The notes under the pieces were generated by a model. It was not told the origin of the DNA, made no database searches, and saw only the letters and a list, made by a program, of their open reading frames with translations. From positions 1,279,506 through 1,317,349 of the forward strand of contig JAWQFM010000017.1 of the NCBI GenBank assembly GCA_033442325.1: a DNA stretch of 37,844 nucleotides, given 5' to 3'. Below, in pieces: positions 14,190 to 27,887 of the stretch. Source of the DNA: Salpingoeca rosetta. Its lineage: Eukaryota > Protista > Choanoflagellata. The first letter of the stretch is position 1; the number at the start of each line of letters is the position of its first letter. The position numbers and the translations under genes are program-made.

Positions 14190-14925
14190 AAGGTGTGATG
14201 CGGGCGAACGTGGTGTGTGTGCAAAAGTGGTGTGAATGAGAGTGAGAAGGAGTGGTGCGAGGTGATGTCAATGAAGGAGAAGGTCGTTCGGTCGGTCGCC
14301 TGGGGCTCGTGTGTGCTGTGTTCAGGAGCAGAGAAGCCTCGTTGCTGTGTTTCTTCCTCACCTGCTCGCGGCTGCGTTGCTTGTGACCTCTTGAGTCGTC
14401 TTGGTGGCGGTGGTTGTGTGTTGTGTGCGTGCGTGTGCGGCGATCGTTCGTCTTCCTCCTTGTGCTTGTGCTCACAATTTGCAAAACCCAACTTGTGGGC
14501 AATTTGCAAACGGGTACTGGTTCTCAATTGGAGGTTTACCATCATTTCGGAGCATCAGCAAGAAATCACAGATGTCAGCACTGTGCAGCTGCCAAAACAA
14601 GTTTGACGTGTTTATTCTTGTGAACCGCCCATTGTTGAATGTCTTCCTTGAAATTTCTGCGAGGCGGGCTTGCATCGGCGCACTGCCAGTGGCTGTGTGC
14701 TTTGTGTTTTTTCTTGTTCGCGCTCCTGCTGCTGCTTGTTGTTGTGTGTGCGCTCCCCATTCACGTTTGCTCCTGCCTGTCCTCCCAGCCAGCCAGCCGC
14801 GAGACAGCAAACTTGCAAAAAGCCACGCACAGCCAACCAACGCACAGCCAACGCACAGCCAACGCAACGCAAAGAAGGCGCTCACCGATCGACTGATTCA
14901 CCGCAAACAAGCAAACAACAGCGCC

Positions 14926-16333
14926 ATGCCGCCAAGGTTTTGATCGCTGCTCACATGTGTGTGGGTGTGTGTGTGTGTTGTTTTGATCGTTTGTGTTTTT
15001 GGTGTTGTGTGTTTTTGCTGGTGTTGTGTGCGCACGGCCTGCGTTGTGTTGGTGTTGTGTTGTGTCAACAGCTGAAGTGAAAGTGTGACATGAGACCTCA
15101 CCCCAAAAACATGGCATCTCCCTCTGTTTGCAGACGCAGCCGCCGTCAGGCTGCCCGCGCGGCCGAGGATGCCAGCGGCAACGACAACAACGACGCCACA
15201 GCCACCGCAGCCGCTGAAGAGACAACCCAGCAAGAGCAGGACCAGCAGCCCGTGAAGCGATCCAAGCGCCAGTCGGCCCGTCGCAAGGCTGCGGAGGAAG
15301 CCGCCGCCAAGAAGAAGGCCGCCAAGGAAGAGGAGGAGGCCAGGCTGCAGAAGAAGCAGGCCCAACAGGCCGCCGTCAAGGCCAAGAAGGGCAAGAAGAC
15401 AGCAGCCAGTGCAGCTGGCGCAGCGAAGAAGAAGGGCAGTCGTCGTGGCAAGCGCCGCAAGCAAGACGAAGAAGAAGATGATGATGACGACGGTGACGAC
15501 GGTGACGATGACGATGAGCAGGAAGAGGAGGAGGAGGAAGCTGATGACGATGAGCAGGAAGAGGAGGAAGCGGCTGCAGTCGAGGATGAAGCTGGCACTG
15601 CCATGGAAGAGGCAGCAGACGCGCCTGACACTGCTGCAGCTGCGAAGACCACCGCCAGTGCAAGCGCCAATGCCAGCAAGGCTGCCAAGGCCCCCGCTGC
15701 GAAGCGAGCGCGGCGCACAAAGGCAGAAGCAGCCGAGGGCGGCAAGAAGAAAGTGACGCGCAAGAAGAAGGAGCCGGCAGCAGCAGCAGCGACGTCAGCT
15801 GGTAAGCCAAAGCGCATGACGAAGAAGCAGAAGCTGATGGCTGCGCTGGCGGAGAAGGCGGAGGCCATCGCCAACAGCGTGCAGGAGGTGGTTGAGGAGG
15901 ACCTGGACATGTTTGTGCCGCCGCACGAGTTTGAGCTGTCCGTGCCCGAGGACAAGCCGCTGGTGTGCGCGCGCAGGGAGATGGAGGTGCAGTACGAGGA
16001 GCAGTTGAAGCGGGACCGGGCGGCGCAGGCTGCCAACAACCCCAACCCAGACATGAGCGGATCCTCTTCTGCCGCCGTGGCCAAGGTGCAGAGCAGCATC
16101 AGCAACAAGGACCTGCAGGCCGGCATTAACATGCTTTCGTCCTCTTCCCTCTTCCGCTCCTACGTTGACCTCGACGACACGCGCGTCGTACGCACTCGCG
16201 CACTGTCCAAGACGGTTGAGGAGAGCACACCCTCCTTTGGCAGCGGCGTCGTCTTCACCGGCCCAGACACCATCAAGTTTGATCCCAAAGCCGGACGCTC
16301 CTTTGGCGTGAGTAGCTGGCGGCTGTGCGTCTC

Positions 16334-16364
<31 letters not shown>

Positions 16365-19300
16365 CTGTGTGTGTGGTCTTGTTTGTGTGTTCTTATGTTC
16401 TTGCGTGCATGTGTGTGTGTGTTTGTGTGTTCGCTTGGTTGGCTGTGTTGCTGTGTGCACGTGCGTTATTGTGCAAACGCTTTGCATTCTCCATCTTATT
16501 CGCTTTCTCCAACCTCGCCTTCTGCCCGCTTTTCTCACACAACACACCACGACACATACGCACAGGTGCAAGTTGCCGGTGCAACCGCCAAGCACGGGAG
16601 CGTGGCACGTTCCAAGCGCAAGATCACGGTATCTGCCACGGACGTGGACAAGGCGTTTGCCATGACCGAGGAAGAAGCTCTCTCCCACTTTGCCATTGGC
16701 TTTTGCGGCAACCACCACACCGTCGCCCCCAACACCCAGAGCACACACTTTGTCGTGCAGGGCAACTGGTGGCTGATCAAGGCTGGCGGTGTTGCGCAGG
16801 CCGCCGCAGTCTCCACTGATGCGTACGGCGACGACGAGGGGTTTGACGACACGCGCTACGCCGCCGGGGGTGCGCTGGTGTGCCCGGCGCTGTCGAAGCT
16901 CAAGGCGGGCGACTACGTGGAGGTGGCCGCGCAGCCGCACCCGAAGGAGAAGGGCGTGCAGCTGATCGTGCTGCGCATCAACGGCCAGGAGCAGACGCTC
17001 TACGACAAGAAGCCAGAGCCCGAGGCCAAGGCCAAGCCCGCGCTGTCACGCAAGGGCAGCAAGAAGCTGACCAAGCGCAAGAGCACGCGCCGCAGCCTCA
17101 ACGCCACTGCCACTACCACCACCACTGCTGCTGCTGCTGCCGCAGCCGACAAGGAGGACAAGGATGAGGAGACCAAGCCCATTGCCGTGCCCACGACGCA
17201 GAAGCTGTATGGCGTGATTGTGGCGCCGCGCGACACGTCGCTCGCCCTGCACGTGCACGGCATGTCCGGGTACCACGAGTCGCAGGCCAGCCTGCAGCTG
17301 CTCAAGGAGCACTGGCAGCTGCTCCAGCAGTGGGGCGCGTGCGGGCCCGTTGTGGCGGGGCGCCTGGTCACCAAGACGGTGGCTGAGGAGGACCACCTCT
17401 TGTTGCGCTTCCTCATGGACAACGGCCGCAACTTCCTTCCGGGCCGCGCGCCGGACTGGAGCGCGGACTGCTTCAGCAACGCGGAGGAGTGGGCCATGAT
17501 TGGAAACGACGCCAAGTCGCTGTTCCTGATTGGCCGCGCGCCGCAGTACGGCTGGGCAGACGTGCCGGACAACGACATTGCCGCGCGCACGGGCACGGGC
17601 AACGTGTCCTCGCACACGTACGCGCACCGCGTGGGCAAGGTTGGCGTGGCGCGCGGCGGCAAGGAGGGCGACTCTGCCTTTATCCAGGAGAGCAACCTGC
17701 GCGAGTACGAGTATCACCAGCCGTACGGATACGGGTTTGGCATGGCCATGCTCGCCGCCGCCCGCTCCCGCGACGTGTCGGACGACACGCTCAAGTACGT
17801 GCTGTCCGGCGCCTCGCACCAGTCCATCTCCACCAGCAACCTGGTGTACGCCGCGGCGGAGGCCGGCAACGTGCGCACGGTGCAGCAGGCGCTGCAGGCG
17901 CTGTCCAAGGACACGAGCAGCGGCATGACGGAGACGTACATGGTGGCGGCGGACAGCTCGCTGCCCATCAAGTCCACGCTGCAGGCGCGCTCGCTGCTGA
18001 AGAAGGGCGGCAGCATCTCCGCTGTGACGCCGCTGCACGTGGCCAGCGCATGCACCAGCGCCGCGCGCTTCAAGAAGCTGCTGCAGATCAACAGCCTCAA
18101 CTACAGCGTGCACGACGACTACGCGCGCACGCTGCTGCACTTTGCCGCGGCCAACGAGGACGAGGGCGTGGCGGAGTTTCTGCTGTCGCTCGGGGAGAGC
18201 CCCGTGGTGACGGACAAGCAGCTGGCCACGCCGCTGCACCTGGCCGCCAAGCACGGCCGCCCCAAGACGGCGGTGCTGCTGCTGGAGGCCGCCCGCAAGC
18301 GCTTTGGCGCCCAGCTCACCGCGCTCACGGGCCAAGCGGAGCAGGGCGATGGTGGGGAAGGAGAAGAGGAGGAGGAGGAGACGCCTGCGATGAAGCGGAA
18401 GAAGGCGGCCATGCTGAAGAAGCTCAAGGTGGCCGGGCTGGCCAAGGACAAGCTGGGCCTGACGCCGCTGCACCACGCCGCGTACGAGGGCCACGTGGAC
18501 GTGCTTCAGGCGCTGCACGAGTTTGACCCGGAGCTGGACATGGACCTGGGCGACCGCAACAAGCGCACGCCGCTCATGATCGCCGCCATGCAGGGCAACG
18601 TGGACGTGATGGAGGCCCTGGTGGAGATGGGGGCGCACGTCGAGGCGCAGGACAAGCGCAAGTACACGGCCCTGCACCACGCGTGCAAGAACGGGCAGTT
18701 TGACGCGGTGCAGATGCTGCTGCGGGCGGGCCACAACCCGGACGCCCGCGACTCGAGCGGCAACACCCCCGCACACTACGCCTCCGCCTACGACTGGGTG
18801 AAGGTCCTGCAGCTGCTCAAGCGCTACGGCGCAGACCTGTCCTCCGCCAACGACTGGAAGACGACGCCGCTGTCCATTGCGGTGGCCAAGTCGTGCATCA
18901 CCTGCCTGCTGTACCTGCTGCAGCAGCCCGGGGTGGCCATTGACGCGCGCGACAACGAGGGCCGCACGCTGCTGCACCACGCCTGCAGCCAGGCCGGCCC
19001 AAGCAACCTGCGCATTGTGGAGCACCTGCTGAAGCAGGGCGCGGACGCGTGCGCGCAGGACCTGGCCGGGGTCACGCCGCTGCTGCTGGTGGTGCGGGCA
19101 AACGGCACCAAGCAGAAGGAGATGGTGGAGCTGCTGCTCAAGGGCGGCGCGCACCCGGACGCAGCGAGCAAGGACGGCAGCTCGCCGCTCTCCGTGGCGC
19201 TGGCCAACAGCCGGGCCAACCTGCTGGTGGCCATGCTCTCCAGCGGGCACTCCTTTGGCAAGGCGCAGGTGGAGGCATCGGCAGAGTCGTTCCTGCACAA

Positions 19301-20973
19301 GCTGGTCGGGCTGGCCAAGCAGCGCGACATTGCCGAGCTGTGGAACCTGGTGATGCAGCAGGACGACAGCGCGTCGGTGGCGGCGCTGCTGAACCACCGG
19401 CGCCACAGCAACGGGCGCACGCCGCTCATTGACCTCCTCCTCGCCGCAAACCAGCACCCGTCCAGCGCATCGCTGTTTGGCAACGCGGAGGCCACCAGCA
19501 ACGCCAGCAGCATGAACTCCAGCAGCAGGTTTGGGTACAGGCGCAGGTACAACGCGTATGGCTCGCAGCCAAGCACGTCCACAGAGTCGACGGCTGCCAG
19601 CCTGCACAAGGTGGTGGAGCTGGTGGCGGCCGCGCTCAAGGCCGGGTGCGATCCCAACGTCCCCGTGCGCATGCTGTTCAAGGAGAAGACGGAGGGGGAG
19701 GGCGGAGAGCAGCAGGAGGTGGCGCACACCGTTGACAGCGACGACGACGACAACTACGATTCTGACATGTCCGCCTCTGACATGGACTCGGATGAGGACG
19801 AGGACAGCAACGACGACAACGACGACGCTGATAAGGGTGGAGCGCAGCAGCAGGTGGATGGCATGAACGGCACGAGCGGTGGCAGCAGCGGCAACGGCGT
19901 GGATGTCATTGCCCTCAACGACGACGACAACGAAGAGGAGCGTGGTGGCGACATGGACCAGACGGCCGACAAAGAGGATGGTGATGAGGATGGCGAGGAG
20001 GAGGATGACGAGGGTGAGGATGGGGATGGCCAGAAGAGCGGCAAGAAGCAGCACAAGAAGAAGAAGAAGAAGAAGAACATGGTGGTGCCGAGCCACGGGA
20101 CGGAGCTGACGGTGGCTGCGGGCGACTATGCCAAGCACGCCAAGCGGCTTGGGGAGAGCGAGAAGAAGCCGTTTAAGATTGAGAAGGAGCTGGACAACGT
20201 GCTTGGCGGCTGCACGGCGCTGCACGTGGCGTGCCGCGTCAACAACCCGCAGCCGCTGGTGGACGTGCTGCTCGAGCACGGCGCGGACACCAACGCGCGG
20301 GACCGGCTGGGCCAGACGCCGCTCATGTACGCCGTTGTTGCGGGCATCCCGAGCGTGGTGGAGCGCATGCTGCTGCACGGCGCCGACCCGGCCATCGTCT
20401 CCGCCCGCAGCGGGCAGACGGCGCTGCACATGGCTGTGCACCAGTGCCTGCAGGCACAGGCGGCAGCGAAGAAGGCGCGCGCGGCTGTGCTGCAGCTGCT
20501 GCTCAAGCACAAGGCGGACACGGGCGCGATGAACAAGTTTGGTGACCTGGTGCTGTGCTCTGCGGTGAAGAGCACGCAGGACCGCACGGTTGCGGACGCG
20601 CTGCTCAAGGCCGGAGCGGACGCGTGCCAGCTTGACGGGCACGGCACCGCGGCCTTGCACTACGTGGCGCGCATGAACGACCTGGCGCTGCTGCAGCGGC
20701 TGCTGGAGGCTGGCGTTGACCCGGACCTGCGCTCGTCCAAGGGCAACACCCCGCTGCACGGCGTGATTATGGCGGATGGTGGGGACCGCTCCAAGGTGCT
20801 GGTGCAGATGCTGCTGGACAAGGGCGCAGATCCAAACGCACAGAACAACGACGGCGTCTTCCCGCTCTTCCGCGCCGTCACAAACTCGGCAACAAGGACA
20901 TACCGCAACTTTGAGGTGCTGTGCTGTTGTGTGTGTGTGTGTGTGGTGTGTGTGCTGTTGTGTGTGTTTGCAT

Positions 20974-21016
<43 letters not shown>

Positions 21017-21909
21017 CGTTTGAGGGGATACACGCGGCACTCATCATCTCACATTACCCGTGCCAACGCTTAATATCTCCAACTGCGCCACCTCCGTAAT
21101 TCCCTCCCCCCCCTTTCGCGTGCCTCCAACAAACAGATGGAGCAGCTGCTGATTGACCGAGGCGCCGACGTGCACGCGTGCACGGCACTTGGCCGCAACA
21201 TCTTGCATGCCGCCGTCGTGACGGAAGACAAGCCCGAGCGGCTGGATAAGGCGCGCACCCCCGCCGACCCCATTGAGATTGTCTCGGACATCTGCTCCCT
21301 CGAGAGTAAGATGATGTTGATAGTGTGTGCGCGCGCGTGTGTGCGTGTGTGTTTGCTTGGGCTGATGTGTGTGTTGGTGTGTTTTGTGTGTGTTGTTTGT
21401 TGGTGTGTTTTGTGTGTGTGTGTGTTGGTGTGTCTTGTGTGTTGGTGTGTGTTGGTGTGTGTTGGTGTGTGTGTGTGTGCGTGTGTGTGTGTTCTTGTGT
21501 TTTGTGTGTGTTTTGCTTGTTAATGCATTTGCTTGGCTGTGTGTGTGTGCCTTGCCTTCTTTGTACTTCTCTGCCCCCACACGAACCTCACCGCCCCCCA
21601 CCCATGCTCAAACTCCACCCCCCCCCCCCAAACCACCTTGCCGCCAGCGCTTGATCTTGATGTTGCTGACACGTACGGGCGCACGCCGCTGCACTACGCG
21701 TCGCTGTACGGTGCCATCCTCAGCGCCCGCTACCTCATCAAGCGTGGTGCAGACCCAAACAAGGTGTGCGTACGTGCGTGCATGTGTGTTTGTGTCTCTT
21801 TGGGGCAGCCAGAGGGGGTTTCTAAGTGACTTCAACATGCGCTCACGCACACACACACACACATGCATGCACACGCACGCACGCGCGCACACGCGCGCAC
21901 ATGCTTACA

Positions 21910-22001
<92 letters not shown>

Positions 22002-23475
22002 AACAAACGAACAAACGGCAGGAGGACCAAGACGGCAACACGGCGCTGCAGCTGGCGCTGATTGGGCACCAGGTCAACTACGCGGCGCTGCTGCTGGACC
22101 ACGTGCGCGACCTGAAGCACGCCATTGTGTTCACCGTCCTGCAGCACGACAAGGAGAAGGACAAGCAGGTGGAGGTGGTGCGCACCACGTCCACGTTCCG
22201 CTTCCTCGCCTCACACCACTTCACGGGCCTGGCGTGCGTGTTCATTGACCACGGCGTGGATGTGCTGTCGGCCTTTGACGACTGCGTGTCTGTCGGCGAA
22301 TACCAGATGGCCATGACGCTGCTGCGCAAGACGCCGTCCACCCGCGTCAAGGCCCTGCGCGACAGCGAGAACAACACGCTCGTCACGTTTGTGTGCAGGC
22401 ACATCTCGCAGAACAAGCTGTTCCAGGACAAGTTCTGCGCGCTGATGATGCGCACGCTCACCAACGAGTACGCCTTCCGCAAGGACACGGTCAACGTGCG
22501 CGGCGAAACGCACCTGCACCAGGCCTGCTGGAGCGGCGCCTACCCTGCATTTGATGCTGTCGTGAGCGCCTGCGACGTCAAGGCCACGCGCAAGGACGGG
22601 TTTGATGCGCTCACGCTGGCGCTGATTGGGCACGCCAACGCCGCCCACCGCATGCGCATGGTGCGCATGCTCCTCAAGCGAGGCGCAGACCCAAACTACT
22701 ACGACACGCTCCGCGCGTGCGTGCAGGACTCGGAGTGGCTCAAGGACGACGAGCGGGTGGCCAAGTTCATGGCCAAGCCGCTGCTGCTGGCCCTGCTGGA
22801 GCCATGCCTCGAGACCCTCAAGCACCACCCGCCGCCAAAGGCAACATCGACGCTGCTGTCTCCGCGCGGGCTGGGCCTGGGCCGCTCTCCCAATGGCAGC
22901 CGCATGGGCGGTGTTGCCAACGCGCAGCCACTCACCATCACGGGGGACAAGGCCATTGACGAGTGGCTGACAGACTCGTTCCCGCGCACGGGCACCGTGA
23001 CGCCGCAGCAGGTGCGGGCAGGCACGGCCGCGCTGCTGCTGCGCTCTGGCCTGAGCTGGCACCACGCCACGAAGCAGGGCGCAACGCTGGCCGAACTGCT
23101 GGTGGTGCAGAACAGGAAGGACGCGCTGGAGCGGCTGCTTGCGCTCGGCGCCGTCGTGAACAACCCACTGGACCTCAACCACCGCCTGCCACACAAGGGC
23201 CAGACGGTGCTGGCCCGCTGCTTCACGCACCAGAGCAACGCGTTTGCCTTTGTCAACTGCGACGACATGCTCGACTTTTTGCTGGAGAAGGGTGCGGATG
23301 TGAACCAGCTGGACGATGACGGGTGTTCCCCGCTCTGGCACGCATACGCCATCGCCGACACCGCCACCATAGGTGCGTCTTGTCTGTGTGTGTGTGTGTG
23401 TTTGTTTGTGTTTGTGTTTGTGTTTGTGTTTGTGTTTGCGTGTGCGTGTGCGTGTGCGTGTGCGTGTGCGTGTGC

Positions 23476-23555
<80 letters not shown>

Positions 23556-24802
23556 GAGGGAGGCGGGGGCGGGTACATCTCTGTGTATGCGCGCGCAAAC
23601 CCACACACACACACACACGCTCACACGCTCACACTCACCTGTACTTCCCTTGCTCCATGTTGCTTGACCAGCCCGCATGGAGAGCAAGCTGCATGCAACA
23701 CTGACGCCTGCGCAGAAGCCGCCGCGCCCGGCACACGAGCGCTTCACCACCATCGACATTCCAGGCATTGACGTGCAGCCACAGACGGATGCAACGGTGG
23801 GTTGTGCGGCGGTAGTCGTGGTGGGGTGGTGCTGGGCGTCTCAACTTGAGTCTATGATGCACATTGCACCATGCATGCCTTTTGGTTTCTCATCATCACG
23901 CACTTGTGCGCCAATGCACACACACATACACATGCACACACACATGCGCACACACACATGAACGTGCGTACGTGACAGGCTGGTCTGCACGACATTGAGG
24001 AGCTGCTTGAGAAGAAGAAGCAGGAGGAAGGCAAGCCACCGGGCCCGCTGGTGGACGAGGCGACAAAGCTGACCAAGGTGGCGCGCGTGGTCAAGATGGA
24101 CGACTGCGACGACTACTATGACCTCACCATGACCATCACTGACGTCTCCTACGGATACTGGGGCCGCCACGACTTCTGTGCGTTGGTTGTGTGTATATGT
24201 GTGTTTGTGTGTGTGTGTGTGTGTGAGTGTGTGTGCTTGTGTAAATGAGTGTGTGTGTATGTGACTTGTGTTTCTGGCACCCCCACCTCTTCCCCTTCCT
24301 GACGCTCCACTCTCTCCCCCCCCCCCCCCATTTTGAATCTTGCAGACCGCATGCAAGTGCTGCACAACTTTGTGCACGACATGTACGTGTTGTCGACGCG
24401 CTGGGGCCGTGTTGGCGAGGAAGGCATGCACCAGGTCACCCCGTACCCGACAAAGGAGGCTGCAATCGCAGAGTTCTGCAAGGTGTGTGTTTGCGATGAC
24501 CCATCCACCTCTCCCGATCCCTCGTCAAAACACACACACACACACAACACACACACACACACAACACACACAACACAACACACACACACACACACACGCA
24601 CGTTCGCAGATCTTCAAGAGCAAGTCCGCGAACCTGTGGGAGAACCGGCACGGCTTTGAGCCCAAGCCGGGCAAGTACCGGCTGCAGAAGCACGACCACG
24701 CCACCATTGCCCGCCGCCAGGAGATGGCCATGCAGGTCATTAAGTTTGAGAAGGTGCCCTCCTCAGACAGGCTCCCTCCCAGGTTGGTACTTTGCTACTT
24801 TG

Positions 24803-24855
<53 letters not shown>

Positions 24856-26048
24856 GTCTGATAGCTGCCGCAACATCGTCCTCCCCCCCCCCACCGTGAC
24901 AACTCCATCTCACTCTCCTCCCCACCTCCTCCTCCCCACCTCCCCTGCAGCGTGGATGTGTTCGTGCGCACGACGGCGGACGTGAAGACGCTGCAGCGGG
25001 CGATTGTGACCGACTGCGATTTTGACCTTGCCTTTGGCGGCGCGCCGGCCGGGGCAATGGAGAAGGCTGTCGGGCTCATCAAGCAGTTGAAGGACCTGAC
25101 GAAGAAGCTCGAGGGCATGTCGTGGGGCGACGAGGGCCGCGATGCGCTCAACACACAGGTGCAACAGCTGACAAACGAGTTCTACCAGACCATCCCCATC
25201 AACGCCGTCAAGCACCGCGTGCAGCAGCTCAAGCACAAGAAGGTGCTTGAGATTGAGGAGAAGCTCAACACCATCTCGGTGGAGAACGTAACGGCCAACC
25301 TCCTGCTCGGCGCATACCACCGCCACCATGCCATGAGCCTCAACCCCTTTGAGTACGTATACCTGGCCACGGGCGCGCGCCTGGCTGCCGTCCCTGCAGA
25401 CTCGTCCACGTACAAGGCCATCCGCATGTTCATGAACACGACGCGGGAGCACTCGAGCGCCGGCGGCGTGGGCATTGCGCAGGTGTTTGAGATCTCCAAA
25501 CCGGACGAAGACGCCGCCTTCAAGAACAAGTTTGGCTCCGACCCCACACGCACCTTGCTCTGGCACGGCACCAAGAACCAGAACGTCCTCGGCATCCTCT
25601 CCCAAGGTGTGTGTATGTGTGCGTGTGTGCTAATGAGTGCGTGCGTGTGTGTGTGTGCGCTCGCGTGTGTGCGCGCGTATGAGAGACAGATTGTGTACTC
25701 GCGTGATTGTATGTTTGTGTGTGATTCCTTTGTCGTTGTACGAATTCTTATTCAGGATGTTTGCATGTGGTTTTGCCTCTGTTTCTCCCTCCATCCCCTG
25801 CCCCTACGCCCCAACCACACACACACGCACACACATCACATGCGCGCGTGCCAGGTCTGCGGTGCGCGCCACCGAGTGCGCAGGTGACTGGATACATGTT
25901 TGGCAAGGGCGTGTACTTTGCAGACTGCTTCTCCAAGAGCTACAACTACACCATGAACTATGGGGAGGGATCCGAGCTCGCCCGCCACCACTGCTGCATG
26001 TTCCTGGCCGAGGTGGGCATGGGCGTGTTGTTGTTGTTGTTCTCGTTC

Positions 26049-26128
<80 letters not shown>

Positions 26129-26572
26129 CTTGTTTTGGCATGTCGGTGTCTCTTGCCGTCGTTGTTGGAGCGTTTGTGATGATGTGGTTGGTCGAATCTA
26201 CATCACCTTCATCCACTCTCATCACACACACACACACACACACACACACTGTCAGGTTGTGCTTGGCAACCCCGAGCGGCGGACAGAGGCCAAGTCTGAG
26301 CCGCCGGCTGCTGGATACGACAGCATCCACGGTCTCGGCAGCAGCGTCCCGTCCCGCGTACGCTCCTGCTCCTGCGCTCTGCTTTTGTGCGTGTGTGTCG
26401 TGTGCGCGCGCGCGTGTGTGTGTGTTTGCACAGCTGCACCTCACCTTCTGCAAACACGCACCTGCATGTGCGGATGTATTCAGTCGATGGTTGGACTTGA
26501 GGACGATGTTCGCATTCCTCTCGGTCCTCTCAAGGAAGCCCCCATCGCCGGCTCACACCTCGCGTAAGGATT

Positions 26573-26634
<62 letters not shown>

Positions 26635-26973
26635 TGCGAGCACTGACGATGTTGCGTGTCACATCCGCCGATTTCCACCTGCAATCACACCCTCACACCT
26701 GCAATCACACCCTCACGTCCCGCCCTCCACTCCCCCCCCCAACGTCTTGCTTTCCCCTTCAGGTACAATGAGTTTATCCTGTACGATTCCGCGCGCATCC
26801 GCCTGCGGTACATGGTGCTGCTGCGCGACATGGACTGGCTCAAGCAGCGGCGCAAGCGCTGGCTGGTGGCCAACAAGGTCATCCCCACCATCACGGACCC
26901 GGACCCGGAGCCCAACGCCGTGCTGGAGGGCGACGACATGTGGAAGTACTATCCGGAGCAGACCACCGTCTGA
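14926..26973 (+). CDS. Ankyrin-repeat, WGR, regulatory and catalytic poly(ADP-ribose) polymerase (PME-5-like), ~3003 aa, 15 exons
   Basis: Exons 14926-14936, 15134-16307, 16566-20915, 21137-21305, 21648-21763, 22022-23372, 23672-23796, 23979-24177, 24346-24482, 24610-24782, 24951-25606, 25855-26012, 26256-26357, 26484-26563, 26763-26973 (9012 nt, phases consistent). Many TPLH/TALH ankyrin repeats; WGR domain (YRMQVLH...TRWGRVG...[17 protein letters not shown]); regulatory helices ([10 protein letters not shown]); catalytic motifs [27 protein letters not shown], giving an intact H-Y-E triad. Confidence 0.92.
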
Positions 26974-27683
26974 GATGGGTGGTCCACGCAGCCAGCCCAT
27001 CGTGCGCATGCCAGCACGACCCCCCCCCTCCCCGCTCATGCTCGTGCACCGTGTTGTGTGTTGTGTTGTGTGTTGAGTGTTGTCTCGTCGCTCTCTTCCT
27101 CCGGCCACCTCTCGCTGTGTTGTTGTTTTTGTTCTTGCGAGCTTGTTTTCGTGCTTGCTTACCCATCCCACTGTGCATTCCATCTCATAGACTGCACTTT
27201 GGTTGGACGGCACCACTTGCTTGTTGCTTGTCATTGTTCTTGTTCCCCTGCCTGTGTTCTTCTTGTCTCTTCCTTGCTTCCTTTTTACGACTTGCTTCTC
27301 TGCGTTGCTTCCCTACTTGCTTGCTTTCCTTGTTCGTTTCCGTTTGGCTGAACCACACCCCTGTGTTACCCCGCCTGCGTGCTTACCTGTCTGCACCCTT
27401 ACAAGCGCTGTTCAAACGTGTGACGGAGGCAGGGGGAGGGGGAGCGGGGCAAGACAGACAGAGACAGAGACAGACAAACAGACAGACAGAGAGGGAGCTC
27501 CACAACCACATCCACAATCGTCACGCCTGCCAACAAATCCTGACGTCATCCCCAACCCCCAATCGCATTCCACACACACACACATCCACAATAACTTGTG
27601 GGGTGCTTGTGTTCATTGACGTGACAACCTCGAAGAGAGAGAGAGGCAGCGAAGCAAGGACGGACGGGTAGTAGGGGAGCAGG

Positions 27684-27847
27684 ATGGCAATGACGCTCGA
27701 GGATGTTGGCGATGGAGCGGGTCCTGATCGCGGCAGTGGCGGCAATGGTCGGACACGGCGGCGCTACTCCCCAGGCAGCAGCCCGGTGCGTTGTGCCGTG
27801 TTGGGCCTGGATCGCAGCAGCGATCGCATTGTCTGTTTTGTATTGTG

Positions 27848-27887
<40 letters not shown>

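Noticed and set aside
9990-14198. Plus-strand poly-Cys, poly-Leu and poly-Val ORFs
   Set aside because: Antisense readings of the polyQ and polyT tracts of the minus-strand gene.
14147-14545. N-terminal extension of the 1900-aa ORF
   Set aside because: It runs through a CA microsatellite and promoter-like sequence; the Met at 14146 is the more plausible start, although this is not proven.
17046-21047. 1333-aa antisense ORF opposite the PARP ankyrin exon (also 15146-16132 and 22211-23614)
   Set aside because: Shadow ORFs caused by strong G/C third-position bias on the coding strand; no domain-like content.
17900-23372. Calling the ankyrin PARP a tankyrase (TNKS)
   Set aside because: It has WGR and regulatory domains and a PARP1-type catalytic signature, with no visible SAM domain.
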